From Dickeya solani IPO 2222 (lineage in GTDB: Bacteria > Pseudomonadota > Gammaproteobacteria > Enterobacterales > Enterobacteriaceae), in assembly GCF_001644705.1 (NCBI RefSeq), contig NZ_CP015137.1:3510001-3542000 (forward strand): DNA of 32,000 nucleotides, written 5' to 3'. The notes below the pieces were generated by a model that was not told the origin of the DNA, searched no databases, and was given only the letters and a program-made list of their open reading frames with translations. Below, piece after piece: positions 25,645 through 32,000 of the stretch; the first letter of the stretch is position 1; every line of letters starts with the position of its first letter. Made by a program: the position numbers and the translations under genes.

Positions 25645-27075
25645 ATGACCACACATCTGGTCTGGTTTCGTCACGATTTACGCCTTACCGATAATCTGGC
25701 GTTGCACGCCGCCTGCCAGGATCCCGACGCACGGGTTGAGGCGGTGTTTATCGCCACGCCGCAGCAGTGGGCCAGCCATGCGATGGCGCCGTGTCAGGCG
25801 GCTTTCCTGCTGGATAATCTGCGCTGTCTGCAACAGGCGCTGCGGGAGAAAGGCATCCCGCTGCACTACCATCAGTGTGATGATTTCGCCGCCAGTGTGC
25901 GCTGGTTGGCCGATTTCTGCCGCGAGCGTCAGGTGACGCGCCTGTTTTACAACCGTCAGTATGAATGGAATGAACGCCAGCGCGACCAGCAACTGGAGCT
26001 GGCGCTGACCGGCGTGACCGAATGCCGGGGGTTTGACGACAGCTTGCTGTTGCCGCCCGGTAGCGTGGTCACCGGCTCCGGCGACATGTATAAAGTGTTT
26101 ACGCCATTTCGCGCCGCCTTTCTCAAACGCCTGCAACAAAGCGACGTCGGTTCGGTACCCGCGCCGGCTACCCGCCAGCAGGGCGACATCACGCCGGCGT
26201 CGCTGGCGCCGTTCGACTACCCGCAAGCAGAGGTTCATGCCGATTTTCCGGCCAGCGAGCCGGCGGCCTTGCAGCATCTGCGCCAGTTCTGCCGTGAGCA
26301 GGTGATGTTCTACCATGAACAGCGCGACCTGCCCGCGCTGGCCGCCACCAGCAAGCTATCGCCGTATCTGGCGTTGGGGATACTGTCGCCGCGCCAGTGT
26401 TTCAACCGATTAAGGATGGAACATCCGGACTGGCTGGCACGCTCGGAAAGCGGCGCGTTTACCTGGTTCAATGAGCTGGTGTGGCGCGAGTTTTACCGCC
26501 ACCTGCTGGTGTTCAGCCCGGCGTTGTGCAAGCACCAGCCGTTCATCGGCTGGACGCGGCGCGTGGCATGGCGCAGCGCGCCGGACGAACTGACGGCGTG
26601 GCAACGTGGAGAAACCGGTTATCCCATCGTCGATGCGGCGATGCGGCAGTTGAACCAGACGGGCTGGATGCACAACCGGTTACGGATGATTTGCGCCAGT
26701 TTTCTGGTGAAAGACTTGCTGATTGACTGGCGTGAAGGCGAGCGTTACTTCATGAGCCAGTTGCTGGACGGCGATTTGGCCGCCAATAACGGCGGCTGGC
26801 AGTGGGCGGCATCCACCGGTACCGACGCCGCGCCTTATTTTCGTATTTTCAATCCCACCACGCAGGGCGAGCGTTTCGACCCGGAAGGCGAATTCATCCG
26901 GCGCTGGGTGCCGGAGCTGGCGCAGATTCCGGGCAAGGCCGTTCATCAGCCCCATGACTGGGCCATACGCCAGCAGCGGCAAATCGACTATCCGGTGCCG
27001 ATCGTCGACCACAAACAGGCGCGCCTGCGCACGCTGGCGGCATTTGAAGCCGCGAAGAACGGTGAAACGGCATGA
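25645..27075 (+). CDS. phrB: deoxyribodipyrimidine photolyase (class I CPD photolyase)
   Basis: 476 aa beginning MTTHLVWFRHDLRLTDNLALHAAC, with ...TGYPIVDAAMRQLNQTGWMHNRLRMICASFLVKDLLIDWREGERYFMSQLLDGDLAANNGGWQWAASTGTDAAPYFRIFNPTTQGERFD. It is collinear with E. coli Phr. Confidence 0.96.
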   Translation: MTTHLVWFRHDLRLTDNLALHAACQDPDARVEAVFIATPQQWASHAMAPCQAAFLLDNLRCLQQALREKGIPLHYHQCDDFAASVRWLADFCRERQVTRLFYNRQYEWNERQRDQQLELALTGVTECRGFDDSLLLPPGSVVTGSGDMYKVFTPFRAAFLKRLQQSDVGSVPAPATRQQGDITPASLAPFDYPQAEVHADFPASEPAALQHLRQFCREQVMFYHEQRDLPALAATSKLSPYLALGILSPRQCFNRLRMEHPDWLARSESGAFTWFNELVWREFYRHLLVFSPALCKHQPFIGWTRRVAWRSAPDELTAWQRGETGYPIVDAAMRQLNQTGWMHNRLRMICASFLVKDLLIDWREGERYFMSQLLDGDLAANNGGWQWAASTGTDAAPYFRIFNPTTQGERFDPEGEFIRRWVPELAQIPGKAVHQPHDWAIRQQRQIDYPVPIVDHKQARLRTLAAFEAAKNGETA

Positions 27076-27106
27076 TCGCCACTGAAGACAGAAAGGAGCA
27101 CGAGCT

Positions 27107-27850
27107 ATGCGTAATACCGAACTGGAAAGCCTGATCAACGGTTTTCTCAATGTGGCGGCGTTTCAGGACTACGGGCCCAACGGGCTGCAGGTGGAAGGGC
27201 GCAGCGAAGTACGGCGCATCGTCACCGGCGTCACCGCCTGTCAGGCGTTGCTGGATGCCGCCGTGGCGCAGCAGGCCGACGCGGTGCTGGTGCATCACGG
27301 TTATTTCTGGCGCAACGAGCCGGCGGTGGTGCGTGGTATGAAACGCCAGCGCCTGAAGACCCTGCTGGCGAATGACCTCAACCTGTACGGCTACCACCTG
27401 CCGCTGGACGCTCATCCGGATGTCGGCAACAACGCCCGGCTGGCGGCGATGCTGGATATCCGGGTGCAGGGCGAAATCGAATCGCTGCTGCCGTATGGCG
27501 AGCTGTCTCAGCCTTGCAGCGGCGACGACTTGCGCCGGAAACTGGAGGCGGTACTGGAACGGCCGGTGCTGCATAGCGGCGACAACGCGCCCGCACAAAT
27601 CCGGCGTCTTGCCTGGTGTACCGGCGGCGGGCAGAGCTTTATCGATCAGGCGGCTGATTTTGGCGTTGATGCCTTCATCACCGGCGAGGTGTCGGAGAAA
27701 ACCATCCACACCGCCCGTGAAATGGGGCTGCATTTCTATGCCGCCGGCCATCACGCCACCGAACGGGCCGGGATCCGTGCGCTGGGCGAATGGCTGGCGT
27801 CACAACATGGTTTTGAGGTGACATTCATTGATATCCCCAACCCGGCGTAA
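27107..27850 (+). CDS. ybgI: Nif3-family dinuclear-metal protein YbgI
   Basis: 247 aa containing MRNTELESLINGFLNVAAFQDYGPNGLQVEG...LVHHGYFW...YHLPLDAHP...AAGHHATER. It has the same length and motifs as E. coli YbgI. Confidence 0.93.
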   Translation: MRNTELESLINGFLNVAAFQDYGPNGLQVEGRSEVRRIVTGVTACQALLDAAVAQQADAVLVHHGYFWRNEPAVVRGMKRQRLKTLLANDLNLYGYHLPLDAHPDVGNNARLAAMLDIRVQGEIESLLPYGELSQPCSGDDLRRKLEAVLERPVLHSGDNAPAQIRRLAWCTGGGQSFIDQAADFGVDAFITGEVSEKTIHTAREMGLHFYAAGHHATERAGIRALGEWLASQHGFEVTFIDIPNPA

Positions 27851-27918
27851 TTGAGACGCGGACGCCGTGCATCATGACGGCGGCGGGATGAGGCAGACGA
27901 CATCAGGCTGGAGGAAGG

Positions 27919-28581
27919 ATGCAACGCGCACGCTGTTATCTGTTGGGTGAGAAGGCGGTGGTGCTGGAACTGGAACCGCCGCTGCGATTGGAAAGTCAGC
28001 AACGAATCTGGGGGCTGGCGGAGCGTCTGAGCGAGCACGACGACGTCAGTGAAGTTATCCCCGGCATGAACAACCTGACGGTGGTGCTCAAGCACCCTCG
28101 TCAGCAGGCGTTGGATGCTATCGAGCGGCTGCAACGCTGGTGGGAAGAGAGCGAATCGCTTATCGACGTGCAACAACAGCGCGAGGTGGCGATTCCGGTA
28201 ATCTACGGCGGTGAACAGGGGCCGGATTTGAACGTGGTGGCGGAACACTGCGGCATGACCCCGCAACAGGTGGTGGAGCGTCATGCCGCCGGGCGCTATG
28301 TGGTCTACTTCCTCGGTTTCCAGCCCGGCTTTCCTTATCTCGGTGGGTTGGACGAGGCATTATCCACGCCGCGCCGCGCCGAACCCCGGGTGCTGGTGCC
28401 CGCCGGTTCGATCGGGATCGGCGGCAGTCAGACCGGTGTTTATCCGCTCAGTACGCCGGGCGGCTGGCAGTTGATTGGCTGCACCTCGCTGGCCTTGTTC
28501 CAGCCGACGCAGACGCCGCCGACGTTGTTGAGGCCGGGCGATCGGGTACGCTTTGTTCCGCAGCGGGAGGGAATATGCTGA
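27919..28581 (+). CDS. pxpB: 5-oxoprolinase subunit B
   Basis: 220 aa containing [21 protein letters not shown]...[14 protein letters not shown]...[16 protein letters not shown]. It is collinear with E. coli PxpB (YbgJ). GGAGGAAGG SD. Confidence 0.93.
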   Translation: MQRARCYLLGEKAVVLELEPPLRLESQQRIWGLAERLSEHDDVSEVIPGMNNLTVVLKHPRQQALDAIERLQRWWEESESLIDVQQQREVAIPVIYGGEQGPDLNVVAEHCGMTPQQVVERHAAGRYVVYFLGFQPGFPYLGGLDEALSTPRRAEPRVLVPAGSIGIGGSQTGVYPLSTPGGWQLIGCTSLALFQPTQTPPTLLRPGDRVRFVPQREGIC

Positions 28582-29504
28582 AGATTATCCGGGCAGGGTT
28601 GCAGACCACGGTGCAGGATCTCGGACGTCCAGGATTGCGGCAACTGGGCATCAGCCAGTGCGGCGCGCTGGATAGCCCGGCGCTGAAGCTCGCCAATTTG
28701 TTGGTGGGCAACGACATGGGCACGGCGGCGCTGGAAATCACGCTGGGTCAACTGGTGACAACCTTTACCGCGCCGTGCTGGATTGCGCTGACCGGGGCCG
28801 ACTGTCACGCCACATTGGACGGCAAAACGCTATGGACCGGCTGGTGTTTTGCCGTGAAGTCGGGGCAGACGTTGCGTCTGCGTTCGCCACGCAACGGCAT
28901 GCGCAGTTATCTGGCGGTATCCGGCGGAATCGCGGTACCGGAGGTGCTGGGGTCCCGCAGCACCGATCTGAAGGCAAGGATCGGCGGGCTGGAAGGCCGC
29001 CCGCTGGCGGATGGCGATACGTTGCCGCTGGGAAAACCGCGGCGTTTACCCGGCCGTTCAGTCGGGGTTAAGCAACTGCTGTTCAGTAATCGGGTGCGCG
29101 TGTTGCCGGGGCCGGAGTATCAGGAGTTCAGTGAAGAGGCGCGCGACAATTTCTGGCGTACCGGCTGGCACCTTAGCCCACAGAGCAACCGCATGGGCTA
29201 TCGCCTGCTGGGGCCGGAGCTGAGGCGCGAAAATCAACGGGAAATGTTGTCCCACGGTCTGCTGCCGGGGGTGATTCAGGTGCCCCACAACGGTAAGCCG
29301 ATTGTGCTGATGGCTGATGCCCAGACGACCGGCGGCTATCCGCGTATCGGCTGCGTGATTGAAGCTGACCTGTACAACATGGCGCAGTTGCGCTTGGGCG
29401 AGCCGGTTCATTTTATTCGCTGTTCGCCGGATGACGCGCTACGGGCATTGCAGGAGCAACATCGCTATCTGGAACAACTGGCCTGGAGGCTGCATGGTAA
29501 TTGA
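28575..29504 (+). CDS. pxpC: 5-oxoprolinase subunit C
   Basis: 309 aa containing [33 protein letters not shown]...[10 protein letters not shown]. It overlaps the pxpB stop by 7 nt, as in the ybgJKL operon. Confidence 0.93.
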   Translation: MLKIIRAGLQTTVQDLGRPGLRQLGISQCGALDSPALKLANLLVGNDMGTAALEITLGQLVTTFTAPCWIALTGADCHATLDGKTLWTGWCFAVKSGQTLRLRSPRNGMRSYLAVSGGIAVPEVLGSRSTDLKARIGGLEGRPLADGDTLPLGKPRRLPGRSVGVKQLLFSNRVRVLPGPEYQEFSEEARDNFWRTGWHLSPQSNRMGYRLLGPELRRENQREMLSHGLLPGVIQVPHNGKPIVLMADAQTTGGYPRIGCVIEADLYNMAQLRLGEPVHFIRCSPDDALRALQEQHRYLEQLAWRLHGN

Positions 29505-30231
29505 TTTGAACGCCGACCTGGGAGAAGGCGGCCAGCATGATGAGGCGCTGTTACAACTGATTTCTTCCGCCAATATCGCCTGTGGCTTTCACGCCGGCGA
29601 CGCCGACGTGATGTGCCAGTCGGTGCGCTGGGCCATCCAGTATGGCGTGGCGATTGGCGCACACCCGAGCTTTCCCGATCGCGAAAACTTCGGCCGTTCG
29701 GCCATGAACTTGCCGCCGGAAACGGTTTATGCGCAGGTGCTGTACCAGATTGGCGCGCTGGCGGCGATCGTCAAGGCGGAGGGCGCACGCCTGTTTCACG
29801 TTAAACCCCACGGCATGCTCTACAATCAGGCGGCGCGCGATCCGGCGCTGGCGGATGCCATTGCCCGTGCGGTAGCGGCGGTGGACCCGTCGCTGTGTCT
29901 GGTGGGGCTGGCGGGCAGCGATCTGATTCGTGCCGGCAAACGTGCCGGATTGAAGACCCGTCAGGAGGTTTTTGCCGACCGTAGTTATCAGGCCGATGGC
30001 TCGCTGGTACCGCGCGACCAGCCTTCCGCCGTGATCAGCAGCGATGAACTGGCGCTGGCTCAGACGCTGGAAATGGTGCAGCGTCAGCGGGTTCGCGCCA
30101 GCAACGGCAGTTGGGTTGTGGTGCAGGCGGAAACGGTTTGCCTGCACGGCGATAACGCGCATGCCTTGACCTTCGCCCGCCGGCTGCGCGAGAGTTTCAC
30201 CCAGTATGGCATACAGGTTACGGCCCGATAA
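29494..30231 (+). CDS. pxpA: 5-oxoprolinase subunit A (LamB/YcsF family)
   Basis: The E. coli-like N-terminus [36 protein letters not shown] starts at ATG 29494 (GGAGG 4 nt upstream), overlapping pxpC by 11 nt. The track ORF start (29359) is over-extended inside pxpC. Confidence 0.93.
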   Translation: MVIDLNADLGEGGQHDEALLQLISSANIACGFHAGDADVMCQSVRWAIQYGVAIGAHPSFPDRENFGRSAMNLPPETVYAQVLYQIGALAAIVKAEGARLFHVKPHGMLYNQAARDPALADAIARAVAAVDPSLCLVGLAGSDLIRAGKRAGLKTRQEVFADRSYQADGSLVPRDQPSAVISSDELALAQTLEMVQRQRVRASNGSWVVVQAETVCLHGDNAHALTFARRLRESFTQYGIQVTAR

Positions 30232-30242
30232 CGGAGGCGAGC

Positions 30243-31031
30243 ATGCCCGAAGGCCCCGAGATTCGACGTGCTGCCGACCGGCTGGTTGCCGCGGTAGTGG
30301 GAAAAACGCTGACTGGCGTGTGGTTTGCTTTTCCCGAACTCAAACCCTACGAAGCAACACTGATGGGGGAACAGGTCGAACGTATCGTCACCCGTGGCAA
30401 GGCGCTGTTGACCTGGTTCTCGAATGGTTTGGTCATGTACAGCCATAATCAGCTGTACGGGGTCTGGCGAGTGGGGAAACAGCCGCCTGATACCCGTCGG
30501 GAACTGCGGGTCAGGTTGGATACCGACGATAATGCCGTTTCGCTCTACAGTGCGTCTGATATCACCATGCTGACGCCCGGGCAGCTTGCGACCCACCCTT
30601 TTTTACAGCGGATTGGACCGGACGTGCTGGATGAATCATTGACGGTTGACGAGGTGCGTGAACGGCTGCTGTCGGCGCGCTTTTGTCGCAGGCAACTCGG
30701 AGCCCTGCTGCTGGATCAGGGATTTTTAGCCGGGCTTGGTAATTATCTACGGGTAGAAATTCTGTGGGCGTCAGCGCTGGCGCCAACGCGGCGGGCGGCG
30801 GATCTCCGCGAGTCCGAACTGGCGATGTTAAGCCGGATGTTGCTGGAGATCCCCAAACTGTCGTACCAGACTCGCGGTTCGGAAAGCGATGAGAATCGCC
30901 ATCATGGCGCGTTATTCCGTTTTCACGTGTTTCATCTGGATGGGAAACCCTGCGAGCGTTGTGGTCAGCCCATTGTGAAAAGTCTGGTGGCGTCCCGGCC
31001 GTTTTATGCCTGTCCCCATTGCCAGCAATAA
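30243..31031 (+). CDS. nei: endonuclease VIII (Fpg/Nei family DNA glycosylase)
   Basis: 262 aa beginning [14 protein letters not shown] (N-terminal catalytic Pro2), with the H2TH region and a C-terminal zinc finger CERCGQPI...CPHCQ. Confidence 0.94.
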   Translation: MPEGPEIRRAADRLVAAVVGKTLTGVWFAFPELKPYEATLMGEQVERIVTRGKALLTWFSNGLVMYSHNQLYGVWRVGKQPPDTRRELRVRLDTDDNAVSLYSASDITMLTPGQLATHPFLQRIGPDVLDESLTVDEVRERLLSARFCRRQLGALLLDQGFLAGLGNYLRVEILWASALAPTRRAADLRESELAMLSRMLLEIPKLSYQTRGSESDENRHHGALFRFHVFHLDGKPCERCGQPIVKSLVASRPFYACPHCQQ

Positions 31032-31092
31032 TAGGCGAGCGGGGGAATCGGTGCGGCGAACGGTATGACATACAAATCAAAAGGTTGCAAAT

Positions 31093-31122
31093 AAAAAAGG
31101 TCGGGCTGTGCCCGACCTTTTT
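31093..31122. terminator. bidirectional intrinsic terminator between convergent nei and gltA
   Basis: AAAAAA-GGTCGGGC-TGT-GCCCGACC-TTTTT. Confidence 0.85.
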
Positions 31123-31152
31123 ACTGCTAACCGCCAGATAGGGCGATTGCGT

Positions 31153-32000
31153 TTAGCGTTTGGTGACGGATGGCTCGAAGTTGCGCTCATCGTGACCGGT
31201 ATACAACTGACGCGGACGGGCGATTTTCAGCCCTTCGCCGTGCATTTCGCTCCAGTGGGCGATCCAGCCGACCGTACGCGCCATCGCAAAGATCACCGTG
31301 AACATGGTAGACGGAATACCCATGGCTTTCAGGATGATGCCGGAGTAGAAGTCCACGTTGGGGTAGAGTTTACGCTCGATGAAGTACGGGTCGTTCAGCG
31401 CGATGTTTTCCAGTTCCATCGCCACTTCCAGCAGGTCGTCCTTGGTGCCCAGCTCTTTCAGCACTTCGTGACAGGTCTGGCGCATAACGGTGGCGCGCGG
31501 GTCGTAATTCTTGTACACGCGGTGACCAAAGCCCATCAGACGGAACGAGTCGTTCTTGTCTTTAGCGCGTTTGATGAAGGCCGGAATGTGCTCGACCGAG
31601 CTGATTTCTTCCAGCATACGCAGACAGGCTTCGTTGGCGCCGCCGTGTGCCGGCCCCCATAGCGAAGCGATGCCCGCGGCGATACACGCGAACGGGTTGG
31701 CGCCGGAAGAGCCGGCGGTACGCACGGTAGAGGTGGACGCGTTCTGCTCATGGTCGGCATGCAGAATCAGGATGCGGTCCATCGCGCGTTCCAGCACCGG
31801 ATTCACAACATATTCTTCGCACGGCGTGGCGAACATCATATGCAGGAAGTTGCCGGCGTAGGACAGGTCGTTACGCGGATACACGAACGGCTGGCCGATG
31901 GAGTATTTGTAGCACATGGCCGCCACGGTCGGCATTTTCGACAGCAGGCGATAGGCGGCGATTTCGCGGTGACGCTCGTTGCCGATGTCCAGTGAATCAT
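31153..32000 (-). CDS. gltA: citrate synthase, C-terminal part (the 5' end lies beyond the window edge)
   Basis: The frame is open from the window edge (..[52 protein letters not shown]...[24 protein letters not shown]...[14 protein letters not shown]...) to TAA at 31153. It is collinear with E. coli GltA. Confidence 0.96.
   Translation of the reverse strand, partial: DSLDIGNERHREIAAYRLLSKMPTVAAMCYKYSIGQPFVYPRNDLSYAGNFLHMMFATPCEEYVVNPVLERAMDRILILHADHEQNASTSTVRTAGSSGANPFACIAAGIASLWGPAHGGANEACLRMLEEISSVEHIPAFIKRAKDKNDSFRLMGFGHRVYKNYDPRATVMRQTCHEVLKELGTKDDLLEVAMELENIALNDPYFIERKLYPNVDFYSGIILKAMGIPSTMFTVIFAMARTVGWIAHWSEMHGEGLKIARPRQLYTGHDERNFEPSVTKR

Noticed and set aside
1-32000. Window-wide look for CRISPR arrays, tRNA/rRNA genes, IS elements, integrases, phage genes, toxin-antitoxin pairs or defence-system-like operons.
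   Set aside because: None was seen. Every ORF longer than 140 aa that is not an antisense shadow is accounted for by a conserved housekeeping orthologue, the chemoreceptor or the EamA protein. The intergenic regions are short apart from those discussed.

Overview
This window is a core chromosomal segment of an Enterobacterales genome. The gene order is a compacted version of the E. coli neighbourhood: asnB / nagC-nagA-nagB <> nagE / glnS / fur-(uof)-fldA / ybfE-ybfF <> seqA-pgm / kdpE-D-C-B-A-F <> ybfA / ybgA-phr / ybgI / pxpB-C-A / nei / gltA. GC-rich third codon positions and an extra chemoreceptor gene suggest a Pectobacteriaceae (Dickeya-like) host, but this is an unverified impression. 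I support 29 protein-coding genes, two of them cut by the window edges, plus one tentative uof-like mini-ORF. I also call several intrinsic terminators and a few regulatory sites: a KdpE box, a CRP site, a NagC-like operator and a sigma-28-like promoter. Two genes are missing from the ORF track. asnB has no stop codon inside the window. kdpF is 29 aa with a GTG start. Several track ORFs are 5'-over-extended (nagB, nagE, glnS, seqA, kdpA, pxpA, ybfE). kdpE is 5'-truncated in the track because it has no ATG/GTG/TTG start. I saw no rRNA, tRNA, CRISPR array, IS/transposase, integrase, prophage or recognisable defence/toxin cluster, and I did not find a multi-gene novel system. The points worth a second look are small-scale: a 20-bp tandem duplication of the kdpD start region that creates a coupled 7-codon uORF; an 11-bp perfect GC-rich inverted repeat in the kdpFABC leader; the missing canonical start of kdpE; a 23-bp perfect palindrome between ybfF and seqA; a single-gene chemoreceptor insertion behind a very AT-rich spacer; a nagE that lacks the IIA domain; and a DUF523-DUF1722 fusion gene upstream of photolyase. 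All homology statements come from reading the translations and recalling the E. coli orthologues. No database search was run.
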